Origin: an uncultured Candidatus Saccharibacteria bacterium | GTDB lineage: Bacteria; Patescibacteriota; Andersenbacteria; UBA10190 | NCBI GenBank assembly: GCA_964654145.1 | Contig: CAZZHI010000001.1 | Span: 9,956-73,955 of the forward strand | Direction: 5' to 3' | Length of the DNA: 64,000 nucleotides | Shown here: positions 10,330 to 20,179 of the stretch, one piece after another | How positions within the stretch are numbered: the stretch's first letter is position 1 | Layout of the letters: every line of letters begins with the position of its first letter | Made by a program: the position numbers and the translations under genes | The notes under the pieces: generated by a model | Database searches by the model: none | The model's input: the letters and a program-made list of their open reading frames with translations, nothing else | Told to the model about the DNA's origin: nothing

Positions 10330-12134
10330 AACTGCCATCTTTTTTTCAAAAAACTCCAGCTAAAAAAGAAACAAAAGATCCTGTTATTGAACAGTTCGAT
10401 AAAGGCGTTTCTTCGCTACGAGATATTATTGCCCCTTCTGCATTTAAGGTAAAAACAAAATCACTAGAAATCGATGGGAAATTTGCAACGACTGTTTTTG
10501 TTACCACATACCCTCGATACCTCGACACGAATTGGTTTGCATCGATCGTAAACTTTGACGTGGAGTTTGATGTTGCAATGTTTATTTACCCGCAAGACTC
10601 TGCAACAATTTTGAAAGAATTACGAAAAAGAATAACCCAGGTTTCTACCTCTATTTCTATGCAAGCTGAACAAGGAAAAGTTCGTGACCCTCAACTAGAG
10701 ACTGCATACCAGGATATTGAAGAGCTTCGTGATCGCCTCGTGCAGGGAACTGAACGCTTCTACCAATACGGGCTATACATAACCATGTATGCGAATAACG
10801 AAGAAGAGCTTGATGAAATATTGTCTCAAGTAGAGGTTTTACTAGAAGGAAGGCTCATTTACGCAAAACCAGCCCTATTCCAAATGGAACAAGGATTCAC
10901 CTCTACGCTACCGCTAGGGCACGATGGCCTTGTAGTAAACGTAAACATGAACACCTCGCCGCTTTCAACAAGCTTTCCGTTTGTAAGTTCCGATCTTACG
11001 AGCAACTCTGGTGTTCTATACGGAATCAACCTCCATAACAGCAGCTTGGTTCTATTCGACCGCTTCAGCCTAGAAAATGCCAACATGGTTATCTTTGCAA
11101 AATCCGGTGCCGGAAAAAGTTATACTGTAAAATTAGAAATTCTCAGAAGCCTCATGTTCGGTACAGAAATTATTGTCATCGACCCAGAACAAGAATACCG
11201 ATACTTGGCGGAAGCAGTCGGTGGAGCGTACCTCCAAATCGCCATCTCTTCTGACCATCGTATCAATCCATTCGACTTACCAGAACTAGGGGAGGATGAA
11301 AATCCCGAAGCCGTACTCCGAGAAAATATCACGAGGCTTATTGGGCTTATATCACTGATGGTTGAGGGGCTTTCCGCAGAAGAGCAATCAATCGTAGACG
11401 GAGCGCTTTGGGAAACCTACGCATTAAAAGATATTACGCGCGGTGCAAGGTGGACAAAACCAGAAGTTCCAACGCTTCAAGATTTCTACAACATTACAAA
11501 AGACATGGAAGGTGGGAAGAATGTAGCAACAAGATTGCAGCGATTCGTAGAGGGTACCTTTGCCGGAGTATTTAATAGGGCTACAAACATCGACCTCGAT
11601 CAACAGCTCATTGTATTTAATATTCGAGACATGGAAGAAGAGCTTCGCCCAATTGCCATGTACGTAGTTCTTGGCTTTATATGGAACAGAATTAGAAGCC
11701 AGCTCAAGCGAAGAATTCTCGTGGTAGACGAAGCCTGGATCATGATGCGAAACGAAGAGTCTGCGAAATTCTTGTTCTCCATGGCAAAACGAGCTCGAAA
11801 ATACTACCTGGGCGTAACTACGATCACACAAGATATTTCCGACTTTTTGGGCTCAAAATATGGCAAACCAATTGTTACAAACTCCTCAATCCAACTTCTC
11901 CTGCGCCAGTCTCCTGCGGCAATCGATGCTCTATCTGAATTGTTTTATCTCACAGACCACGAAAAGTTTCGCTTACTTGAGAGCGATGTGGGCGAGGGAA
12001 TATTTTTCGCAGGCCTTAAGCATGTTGCCATTAAGGTTGTCGCCAGCTATGCGGAAGACCAGGTAATTACATCCGACCCTCAGCAAATCCTTGCAATCGA
12101 AGCGGCCAAGAAAGAGCTTGGCGGCCAAGCGTAA
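10326..12134 (+). CDS. virB4: VirB4-family T4SS ATPase
   Basis: Walker A AKSGAGKS, IDPEQEY, INPFD, Walker B VVDEAW, KRARKY, TITQ. Confidence 0.93.
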   Translation: MKLPSFFQKTPAKKETKDPVIEQFDKGVSSLRDIIAPSAFKVKTKSLEIDGKFATTVFVTTYPRYLDTNWFASIVNFDVEFDVAMFIYPQDSATILKELRKRITQVSTSISMQAEQGKVRDPQLETAYQDIEELRDRLVQGTERFYQYGLYITMYANNEEELDEILSQVEVLLEGRLIYAKPALFQMEQGFTSTLPLGHDGLVVNVNMNTSPLSTSFPFVSSDLTSNSGVLYGINLHNSSLVLFDRFSLENANMVIFAKSGAGKSYTVKLEILRSLMFGTEIIVIDPEQEYRYLAEAVGGAYLQIAISSDHRINPFDLPELGEDENPEAVLRENITRLIGLISLMVEGLSAEEQSIVDGALWETYALKDITRGARWTKPEVPTLQDFYNITKDMEGGKNVATRLQRFVEGTFAGVFNRATNIDLDQQLIVFNIRDMEEELRPIAMYVVLGFIWNRIRSQLKRRILVVDEAWIMMRNEESAKFLFSMAKRARKYYLGVTTITQDISDFLGSKYGKPIVTNSSIQLLLRQSPAAIDALSELFYLTDHEKFRLLESDVGEGIFFAGLKHVAIKVVASYAEDQVITSDPQQILAIEAAKKELGGQA

Positions 12135-12143
12135 CCAATCTAT

Positions 12144-12623
12144 ATGGCAGCTTCTATTTCACAAACCGAGCAAATGCGATCAACCGCACTAAATACAGCA
12201 CGATATAGAAAACAGAATATTCAACAAGAAGTTCGAAAAGGCTTATTTCAATCAACCGCACCACAAGAAGAGCCCGAGACTGTCCCGGAACAATCTCAAT
12301 ATAAACAACGACTTGCGATGCTAAAAGCCGGATCAATAAAGCGCGCAAATACTGAGCTTGGAAGTAAGGCTGGAGCAACTGCTGGGAGCGCTATTGGATC
12401 AATCATACCCGTATTAGGTACAGGTATTGGATTTTTTCTAGGCCGATTTATAGGAAGAAAATTAGGAATCACTGGAATCATAATTATTTCTCTCATACTA
12501 TTAGCATTCTGTATGACGATATTTTTTATAATTTTCATAGGAGCACTTAAGGGGTATTGCGATACGTATGTCGGTACTGCTGTAGACTATATAACAATGC
12601 AAATATGTCCAAGCTTTCAATAA
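12144..12623 (+). CDS. Glycine-zipper membrane protein
   Basis: GSKAGATAGSAIGSIIPVLGTGIGFFLGRFIG followed by a long hydrophobic helix and a Cys pair. Confidence 0.65.
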   Translation: MAASISQTEQMRSTALNTARYRKQNIQQEVRKGLFQSTAPQEEPETVPEQSQYKQRLAMLKAGSIKRANTELGSKAGATAGSAIGSIIPVLGTGIGFFLGRFIGRKLGITGIIIISLILLAFCMTIFFIIFIGALKGYCDTYVGTAVDYITMQICPSFQ

Positions 12624-13207
12624 TTTTTACATTTATACTTCTAATATTTTTCTGCGCTACCAGCCCCCTTGCTTTAAGGGCCCAAGAATCTGGCAGCACA
12701 GCCCAAACGAGCGGGTTTGGAAAATTTGAAGTAGGCCTGCCAGGGATTCCCAGCGACACAACAATCGATAGCTTTGCCAGCGATCCTGAACCCATCCTTA
12801 AATTTATTAACCTAGCCACAAATGCCGTAATTGCAATTTTAGTTATTATTGGCCTTATTAGTATCACTGTTGGCGGATACTTATATATGACAGCAGCTGG
12901 AAATGGGAAGCAAATTGAAACCGCAAAAGAAATAATAATTGCAGCATTGGCTGGAATATTTCTAGCCCTTATATCAGTTGTCATACTTAATACAATCAAC
13001 AACTACTTAGGGAAAGACGCGAAAGAACCTACGCTCGGGCCTGTGGAGGGCTCAGCGCTTGATAGCCCTTCGGGAGCAATGCAGAATTTTAATAGTGACG
13101 GTAATTCCTTCGAAAACTTTGAAGACTTCGATAGTTCTGGTGGATCTTTTGAAGACCTAGATAATCCCGACTCATTCGGAAGCCCAGATAACCTTCCTAC
13201 GCTCTAG
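12605..13207 (+). CDS. VirB2/TrbC-like T4SS pilin with acidic C-terminal extension
   Basis: Signal peptide, then two TMs joined by GGYLYMTAAGNGKQIETAKEII; start moved to ATG 12605. Confidence 0.85.
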   Translation: MSKLSIIFTFILLIFFCATSPLALRAQESGSTAQTSGFGKFEVGLPGIPSDTTIDSFASDPEPILKFINLATNAVIAILVIIGLISITVGGYLYMTAAGNGKQIETAKEIIIAALAGIFLALISVVILNTINNYLGKDAKEPTLGPVEGSALDSPSGAMQNFNSDGNSFENFEDFDSSGGSFEDLDNPDSFGSPDNLPTL

Positions 13208-14420
13208 GAATACGATGAAGGGTGGGAAGTAAGCTGAGTGTAAAGAATGCCCACCATAGGGCAGAGAGATCATTTTTCCAGTAGATTGTATCAACAAGTC
13301 CAAATAACAGCATACACACCACGGCTAGAATGCTTGCTTGCTGATATATGTCTGCGTGTTTTATTGCCTGGCTCCACGCCCCTATAACAAAAGAATTTAA
13401 TGCAACAAAACTTACAAGCCCCAAAAGCCCCATATTAAGGTAAAAGGAAAGTATCCAGTTGTGCGGATCTCGAAATACGAATTCGTGTTGCAATACATAT
13501 AATCCGTTCCATAGACCAGCCCGCTGCTTACTAAAAAGCCCATGAAGCTCTGCTTGATACGCCTGTTCAAATTGCCCCAAGCCAACCCCTAGAAGAGGGT
13601 TTTTTTGGATAAGCCGTATTCCAATGTCCCATAACTGCAATCGAACCGTTACAGAATTTCCAAAAGATCTATCCGATAAAGGAAGAAGAATATAGTGCAA
13701 ACGCCCTGAAGCAAAAAACACTGCGCCTGCACACAAAACCGTAAGAAGTAGCCCCAATATCAATTTTTTTGCACTCACGGAGGGTACTGTGCGCCAAGAA
13801 AAGATGAGGCCACCTATAAGGCATCCAATTATTGCGGCCATAGCACCGAAAGACTGGGTTGCAATAATAGCAGTTAAAAGAAAAATTGCGCCTATTCCAT
13901 AAAAACGATCCCGCCCGCGTATCCAAAGCCATATAGATAAAACCGCTATTGGAGCAAGAAACAGCGCAAGAGAATTCGGAACATCGTACAACGCGGCAAT
14001 GCGTTCAAAGTTACGGATCTGAGATAGTCCGATCAGTGCAACAACCAAACCAGAACATACAAAAGAATAGAGTATTTCTTTACGCCCACGTTTAATCCCC
14101 ACAAGATACAGTAAAAAACTAAACATAATAGGAGTCACAATCCAACTTTTCAAAATACCCAAACTAGAGCGTAAAACAGGAGAATAAAAAGTTGCCAAAA
14201 GCGCAGCGACAACAAATAAAATGACCCACACTCTATACACAAAGGAAATGCCAAGCATGGCGCCCAAGAGATATTTTCGAAACCTTGGATTGCTAAGAGC
14301 AATAAGCAGAACGCTCCAAACCATAACCTCAAAAAGATTTGTAGGAATTCCAGCGATTGAAAACCTTACGACGTATAAAGGAAGCAGCCCCGCCAGAATT
14401 GTAATAAGCGTATATATCAT
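13197..14420 (-). CDS. O-antigen ligase/Wzy_C-family membrane protein
   Basis: PNSLALFL, TQSFGA, RLQLW, NPLLGVGLGQF, PHNWIL. Confidence 0.88.
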   Translation of the reverse strand: MIYTLITILAGLLPLYVVRFSIAGIPTNLFEVMVWSVLLIALSNPRFRKYLLGAMLGISFVYRVWVILFVVAALLATFYSPVLRSSLGILKSWIVTPIMFSFLLYLVGIKRGRKEILYSFVCSGLVVALIGLSQIRNFERIAALYDVPNSLALFLAPIAVLSIWLWIRGRDRFYGIGAIFLLTAIIATQSFGAMAAIIGCLIGGLIFSWRTVPSVSAKKLILGLLLTVLCAGAVFFASGRLHYILLPLSDRSFGNSVTVRLQLWDIGIRLIQKNPLLGVGLGQFEQAYQAELHGLFSKQRAGLWNGLYVLQHEFVFRDPHNWILSFYLNMGLLGLVSFVALNSFVIGAWSQAIKHADIYQQASILAVVCMLLFGLVDTIYWKNDLSALWWAFFTLSLLPTLHRIPRA

Positions 14421-15724
14421 AGAGTAAGCGCTGCGAAGATAATGTACGGAATAAGGACGTGAGGATATAAGATGCTATTTACGAATTGAGCATGCACAAG
14501 CAGGGCAATAGTTGCCCAAACAAAGAAGAGAGAGTTGTAACTCCGCATAAAAAGCCAGCGCCGTATATGGAATACCACCCCCAAGAGCATGGGGGTAAAA
14601 AATAGAAGAGCTCCAACCATCCCGGTAGTCACCAGAATAGTAAAAATACTGTTGTCAGACCCTGCGCGCGAGTGTACAGAGAAACTAGATACGAGATTTT
14701 CATTTGCTGCAGCAAATTGATACGCATTATACCCGACACCGAACAACATATTTGGACTAACCAAAAATCTCCAGACAGATCGGTAAGACTCCGCCCTGAG
14801 TGCTATTGTTGGGTCATGAAAAAAAACTTGATATGCCCGTTCTCGAAGGAGGGTAATACTTCCGGAAAAAATAATAACTAACAACACACCTCCGGGCACA
14901 ATTGCTTTCTTCCAGTTTCCAGAAATCTTAGATGAAAATACCCAAATAATTCCGCAACATAAACCCGCAACCAAAAGAGCAAGATAAGAACTTCTAGACT
15001 CCGTTAAACCGATGGCTACAACCGCAAAAAACAACCAAAAAATTCGAGTGATTGCAGAAACTTTATGCGGCATCCAATACAAAAATATAGGGAGAAATAC
15101 TACAAAGAATATCCCCAAAAAATTAGGGTCGAGCCACGTTGAAACCATCCTATCAATATGCGGATCCCAACCGTTGTCCACAAATCCAGCAAGGCTGGGG
15201 AGAAAGAATAGCTGCACAAATCCAGCAACGAGCAATGCTCCATAGAGATACACGAACCCCTTTTTCATGCTAGAAAAAATACTGGGCAGAGAGGTTGCAA
15301 TAAGGGCTGCCGGGAGCAATGAAAGCACCACGGCAAGCCTGATCCAATACAGAAAAGAAATACGAATATCTACCATCTGGTATACCCCCACGTGAGCCAC
15401 AAGTACTGCTAACCCCCAAAGCAAAAACGGAGAGATAGCAATAGACGCTAAAAAAATCTTCTTAGTATAGAAAGGCAATTCTCCCCTTAATAGAGATACG
15501 AATAAGGATAATAAAAAGACAAGAACCGCAATATCACTCACCAAAAGACCACCCCCTTGCCCCTGCAGCGGGATGCGGATAAGTTGTCCTAAAAATAACG
15601 ATAGATAAACTCCGGTGATCGAAGCTTTCAGGGAAAATATCATCCCAAAGACACATGCCGCAACTAAGAGACCCGTGGTCGTAGCAATCGGTAAATACTC
15701 CGCAAGAATCTCTGAAGCTTCCAT
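14417..15724 (-). CDS. O-antigen ligase-family membrane protein
   Basis: RMVSTWLDPNFLG, TESRSSY, FGVGYNAY, GSDNS. Confidence 0.85.
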   Translation of the reverse strand: MEASEILAEYLPIATTTGLLVAACVFGMIFSLKASITGVYLSLFLGQLIRIPLQGQGGGLLVSDIAVLVFLLSLFVSLLRGELPFYTKKIFLASIAISPFLLWGLAVLVAHVGVYQMVDIRISFLYWIRLAVVLSLLPAALIATSLPSIFSSMKKGFVYLYGALLVAGFVQLFFLPSLAGFVDNGWDPHIDRMVSTWLDPNFLGIFFVVFLPIFLYWMPHKVSAITRIFWLFFAVVAIGLTESRSSYLALLVAGLCCGIIWVFSSKISGNWKKAIVPGGVLLVIIFSGSITLLRERAYQVFFHDPTIALRAESYRSVWRFLVSPNMLFGVGYNAYQFAAANENLVSSFSVHSRAGSDNSIFTILVTTGMVGALLFFTPMLLGVVFHIRRWLFMRSYNSLFFVWATIALLVHAQFVNSILYPHVLIPYIIFAALTL

Positions 15725-16434
15725 ATATAAATAGGGTAGTGCTTTTTATAGTACCTGTCAGCCGAGTCGTCGTATATCAGAGTCTTTTTCTTTTTATTTA
15801 ATTTACTACCCCCTCGCCGGTGGACTACTAATGCCCGAGGATCAAGCATAACAACACGTCCTTCTGCGCGAGCCCGATGACACAAATCGATGTCCTCCCA
15901 ATACAAGAAAAAGCCTTCATCAAACCCTCCCAATTTTTCAAAAAATTCCCTTGATATAAGAAGTGCTCCGCCAGAGACCCAACCAACAGAGACGGGCATA
16001 CGTGGCATTACGTTTCGATATGCATGCCTTGTTAGTAGATTGAATATTCCAGGCTCTTCGCCATAGGAATTTTTTTCAGGAACCATATAAGAATCGGAGA
16101 GCAACATTCCCACAATACCAACACGGGGAATAGCTTGCATCGTATGTGCAGCATACTCTATTGCACCACCAATAAGCTTTGCGTCTGGGTTCAAGAAAAG
16201 AACATATTCCGTGTTCAATAATCGCGCTGCCTTATTTGCAGCGTATCCGAACCCCAGATTCTCCCGCAGATCTTCGCAGGCACGCCCCAAGCGAGTAATC
16301 TCCGCAACCGTTCCGTCATTAGATGCACTATCCACAATCGCGATATCGGAAATACCCGCAGATAGAACACTCTCAATACAGGCGGCTATATCTTGCTCGT
16401 TATTATGCGTAACAATAGCAACTCCTATATTCAT
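15664..16434 (-). CDS. GT2 glycosyltransferase (rhamnosyltransferase-like)
   Basis: IVTHN, VDSASND, NLGFGYAAN, LNPD, FDEGFFLYWEDIDLC; start moved to ATG 16434 (ATGA overlap). Confidence 0.9.
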   Translation of the reverse strand: MNIGVAIVTHNNEQDIAACIESVLSAGISDIAIVDSASNDGTVAEITRLGRACEDLRENLGFGYAANKAARLLNTEYVLFLNPDAKLIGGAIEYAAHTMQAIPRVGIVGMLLSDSYMVPEKNSYGEEPGIFNLLTRHAYRNVMPRMPVSVGWVSGGALLISREFFEKLGGFDEGFFLYWEDIDLCHRARAEGRVVMLDPRALVVHRRGGSKLNKKKKTLIYDDSADRYYKKHYPIYIWKLQRFLRSIYRLLRPRVS

Positions 16435-17294
16435 AGAGCCATTTGTCCTAATTTTTTCATGCGAGCATCGCGCAAGGCCTGCACAATACCAGAGTGCCCA
16501 TTCCCCATAATTATATGATAGAAAATCCGTAGAGTGTTTTTCGCATACCAAAACATCCTCCAAGTAAACGGTGTTAGCCTTTCTAGCACATAGGCCCCGT
16601 TTCGTACCAAGTAATACAGCTTATCGGGCAAAAGCACCCCGATTGAATCATTATGAAGTACGGAGATATTAGGAATAATAGCGAGCACCCCTCCTATTGC
16701 TCGAACCCGCATACTTATAGCAACATCCTCCCAATACATGAAAAAATCTTCATAGAAGGGGATCTGCTGAGCGAATCCATACTCCAAAACCATACAACAA
16801 CCGTGAATATAAGGAATTACAAAGGGACTTCTTTCTTCTAAGCGCCCTACAACATCCGCCCTCCCAGAAAGAAGCGAAACGGCACCCCAAGAAGCTCCCG
16901 CCAGTACGGCATGCCCCCCTGACTCATCCCACCAAATCGCAATATCCCTTAAGGCGCTAGGGGACAGGATAAGGTCATTATTGAGAAGAACGCAGACATC
17001 AGCATCTTTTGCGCCTATAACCCCGGCATACTGTATTCCGGCCCGCAATCCCGACGCGTACCCGTTATTTCTAAAAGGGCGAACAACCTCAACTGGCACA
17101 AGGGGAGTGAAGGAGGCTGAAGAATGATCAACCACAATAATTTTTTCCGGATCACATCCAGCCGTAAGGGCCGCCTCTATTGCCACATCAGTCTTTTCCC
17201 TTGATCCAAAATGGACAAAAATAACGAATATATCCCTTTTCTGTGGAGAGCTTGTGGATAAATCTGTGGATAATGTCGTATTTTTTGTGAACAT
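16431..17294 (-). CDS. GT2 glycosyltransferase
   Basis: VVDH, NNGYASG, LNND, FFMYWED, YYLVRN. Confidence 0.88.
   Translation of the reverse strand: MFTKNTTLSTDLSTSSPQKRDIFVIFVHFGSREKTDVAIEAALTAGCDPEKIIVVDHSSASFTPLVPVEVVRPFRNNGYASGLRAGIQYAGVIGAKDADVCVLLNNDLILSPSALRDIAIWWDESGGHAVLAGASWGAVSLLSGRADVVGRLEERSPFVIPYIHGCCMVLEYGFAQQIPFYEDFFMYWEDVAISMRVRAIGGVLAIIPNISVLHNDSIGVLLPDKLYYLVRNGAYVLERLTPFTWRMFWYAKNTLRIFYHIIMGNGHSGIVQALRDARMKKLGQMAL
17242..17294 (-). promoter_or_regulatory. Cluster of DnaA boxes inside the 5' end of the GT2 ORF
   Basis: Perfect TTATCCACA on minus strand at 17253-17261 and 17265-17273; degenerate boxes at 17242-17250 and 17286-17294. Confidence 0.65.
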
Positions 17295-17333
17295 GATGCG
17301 TATTCTGTACTATTATAGCTTAATAGAGCATTT

Positions 17334-18242
17334 TTATTTCTTTTCGCTTTTCAACAGTTTGTTCGCATGGTGTACGCCATACCAAAATTCTCCCGCGTTT
17401 ATAATTGCAAAAATACGCGGAATATTAAGGATATCACCCCACTTCTCCATAAAGTACCGAGCAAGGCCCCTAATACCCAAGGCCCCGTATAGGGCGTGGC
17501 GCAGCCTACGAATCGAATTGGTGTTCACGCGATACTTTGCAGACCCAACTATCCGCTGCCTATGCAGAATATCTTTTGCAACGTAAAAATGTCGGTGCAG
17601 GGCAAGGGAGTTATGAAGTATATGCAGTATGAGCCCAAGGGAATCTAATCGCTTACCAAACTCTAGATCTTCCCATCCGTATTGAGAAAACTCTTCTGAA
17701 AATCTTTCACCTCCCAAAAAACTCCTTTTTACCGAAACAAATGATCCGTAGAAAAAATCTCTCCCTAGGCATGTCGTGCGGCCCAGCAATGCATCATAAT
17801 CATTTTGCTGTCCTCCATGAGTCATCCACTCCATAAGTGGCGTAGGAGCTATCCTGGGGTCCCAGACGATACATCCGAGAGCCGCTGCCTCTACTTCCGG
17901 ATGAATTGTATGGAAAGCCATATGCTCTTTCAAAGCGCCCTGACGAAGAATCATATCATCCGCTAAAAACAATATGATATCGGCTGTTGCATTAGTAATA
18001 CCAATATTACGAGCTTGCGCCCTACCTCCGCGAGAAGTCCGAATAATAAGAGGGGATTCCCACAAGCCTATCCAATCGTGCCCTCGAATAAGGCTTGCTA
18101 CATCTTCCGTTGAACCATCATCGACAAGAATTACCCGCGCACTCCATTGGCGTGGCATGTCCTGATCAAGGAGCGCAGGAAGGGCTACGCGCAACTTTTC
18201 GCATCCATTGTAAGTTGGGATAATAATATCGCACTTATTCAT
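17334..18242 (-). CDS. GT2 glycosyltransferase
   Basis: IIIPTYN, VDDGST, ARNIG, LADD, YGWEDLEFG. Confidence 0.92.
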   Translation of the reverse strand: MNKCDIIIPTYNGCEKLRVALPALLDQDMPRQWSARVILVDDGSTEDVASLIRGHDWIGLWESPLIIRTSRGGRAQARNIGITNATADIILFLADDMILRQGALKEHMAFHTIHPEVEAAALGCIVWDPRIAPTPLMEWMTHGGQQNDYDALLGRTTCLGRDFFYGSFVSVKRSFLGGERFSEEFSQYGWEDLEFGKRLDSLGLILHILHNSLALHRHFYVAKDILHRQRIVGSAKYRVNTNSIRRLRHALYGALGIRGLARYFMEKWGDILNIPRIFAIINAGEFWYGVHHANKLLKSEKK

Positions 18243-19675
18243 ATACTAGACACGCTACGTAGTATTCCGATTGTTCGCTTATCCCATAAGCCAAAAACAT
18301 ACCCCATTCCTCCATATAATACCGCCACAAAACAAACTCTTGCAGCTATATGAACCCCCGAGGGCAATATGTGCCCAACGTACGAAGCCACAAACGCTGC
18401 AGCTAAACCAAGACCTATCTGGAACACTGGCATACTCCAGCGAAGACGCATGTACACAATTCGAGCAGCAACCACCATAGCAACAAGCTCTGTCGCAACA
18501 GTTACCCAAGCGGCGGCTATTGCGCCATACAATGGAATAAATATCGCGTTGCAGACTAGATTGCCAATCAACAACGCAAGATATAACCAGACAAGTTTTC
18601 GCTGTTCAGAAAGCGCAATAAGCGCGAAACCAAAAATATTACCCACAAACATAATTGCGAGCGCTATAGATAAAATCTGGAGCAATGGAGCAGATTCTAA
18701 AAAATTGTGGCCAGCTATAAAGAAAATAAGCTGCTTAGGGAAAATAACAAGAACCGCGACAATAATACTTCCTCCATAGACAGAAAGCGTAAGCCCCTGG
18801 GAAACAAGTTCTTTCGCCTTATAAAAGTTTTGCGAAGTAATAGCAGCGCTTATATGGGGCAACAGGAGACCTCCTAGCATCGCGGGGAAAAAGAGGCCAT
18901 TTTCAATAATTTTATATGCTAGAGAATACCAGCCTACCTCCTGCTCCGATCTTAAAATAGACAAAATAATAATATCTATTCGAAAATAGAGAGCGTTTAA
19001 CACAAGCATAACTGCGAGAGGCCATGAAGACTTCATAATAGTTCGCCACGCCTCCACCGACACCCTAGGAATAAGACTTCTACGATGAGGGGCAAGAGCA
19101 TAATGAACGCCAAAGGCAATAAAGAGCCCCACCGCGAAAGACCCTGCGACTCCGACAAGATCGCCCACACCCTTACTTTGTGTATTAATAATTAAATATT
19201 GGAGAATTGCGACCTGAAAAACCCTCCCAACAAGATCTCCGACGGTCGCCTTCCAAACACACCCATAAGCCTGAAACACACCCATAAGGAGCTGACTTAA
19301 AGATTGCATAATAAGACCGAACGAGATTAAGAGAAAAATAACAGCAGAGCCCCGGAGTGACGGAATACCCAAAAACCCAAGCAAGCCAATTACGAACACT
19401 CCAAGAAGTAATGCAATCCTTAAAGAAGCGATGTGTTGAATAATAGAATTTTGCGTACCGCGCGATGATCCGATCTCTCTACTTGCCGTAAGATACAACC
19501 CGAAGTCAGCAATGAGCTGAAAAAATGTTCCGATAGTAAGAATAAAAGAGTATATTCCGAATTCTTGGACCGAAATAATGCGAACCGTAAGCGCAGTTGC
19601 TACCAAACCCAATAGAGTTACCGCAATACGACTCCATGCGGCAATTAATACATTAGAAAAAATTGAATGCCCCAT
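18239..19675 (-). CDS. wzx: Wzx/RfbX polysaccharide flippase
   Basis: Many TMs; ADFGL, YFRIDIIIL, VGWYSLAYK, IPLYGAIAAAW. Confidence 0.88.
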   Translation of the reverse strand: MGHSIFSNVLIAAWSRIAVTLLGLVATALTVRIISVQEFGIYSFILTIGTFFQLIADFGLYLTASREIGSSRGTQNSIIQHIASLRIALLLGVFVIGLLGFLGIPSLRGSAVIFLLISFGLIMQSLSQLLMGVFQAYGCVWKATVGDLVGRVFQVAILQYLIINTQSKGVGDLVGVAGSFAVGLFIAFGVHYALAPHRRSLIPRVSVEAWRTIMKSSWPLAVMLVLNALYFRIDIIILSILRSEQEVGWYSLAYKIIENGLFFPAMLGGLLLPHISAAITSQNFYKAKELVSQGLTLSVYGGSIIVAVLVIFPKQLIFFIAGHNFLESAPLLQILSIALAIMFVGNIFGFALIALSEQRKLVWLYLALLIGNLVCNAIFIPLYGAIAAAWVTVATELVAMVVAARIVYMRLRWSMPVFQIGLGLAAAFVASYVGHILPSGVHIAARVCFVAVLYGGMGYVFGLWDKRTIGILRSVSSI

Positions 19676-20146
19676 CTAAAGAAAAATTGGACGAATTACT
19701 ACTCGTCGCTTATCGCCATCGCCAGTACTTTCAGTTACAACTTCTTTTCTTCCCGCGAGCGCAGCATGAATAGTTCGACGATCCGTCGGACTCATAGGGG
19801 ACAGAGTAACGGGTCGACCAGTTTTTTGAGCTCTTCGGGCAGTCTCTTCTGCAAAGCCCAATAAACTACGTTCCCTTCGAAGGCGATATCCGTTCACGTC
19901 TACAATTACCCGAACATGATCATGGAGTTGCTTCCGCAACACACATCGAACGACATGCTGCAGAGCATTAAGAGTTGTGCCTTGCGTCCCTATCAACATA
20001 CTTCCTTCATCCCCAACAACCATAGAAATACGAAGGGTGTCGCCCCCAGAAAAATCACAATCCAACCGAATATGCTGCAAGCCCATTACCTCCATCAACC
20101 TTCGAACATGCTCTGCAATAAGTGCTTCTGCAGGATCTTCTGTCAT
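19676..20146 (-). CDS. jag: Jag/EloR KH+R3H RNA-binding protein (short form)
   Basis: LIGTQGTTLNALQ (KH), DVNGYR, PMSPTDRRTIH (R3H); follows yidC. Confidence 0.9.
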   Translation of the reverse strand: MTEDPAEALIAEHVRRLMEVMGLQHIRLDCDFSGGDTLRISMVVGDEGSMLIGTQGTTLNALQHVVRCVLRKQLHDHVRVIVDVNGYRLRRERSLLGFAEETARRAQKTGRPVTLSPMSPTDRRTIHAALAGRKEVVTESTGDGDKRRVVIRPIFL

Positions 20147-20179
20147 ATGTAAGCACCTTATGCAAAAAGAGGGAAAATA

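Noticed and set aside
3349-13207. Integrative conjugative element or integrated plasmid
   Set aside because: No integrase, relaxase, coupling protein or flanking direct repeats seen; composition and skew match the flanks; contiguous with pcrA-rsmA
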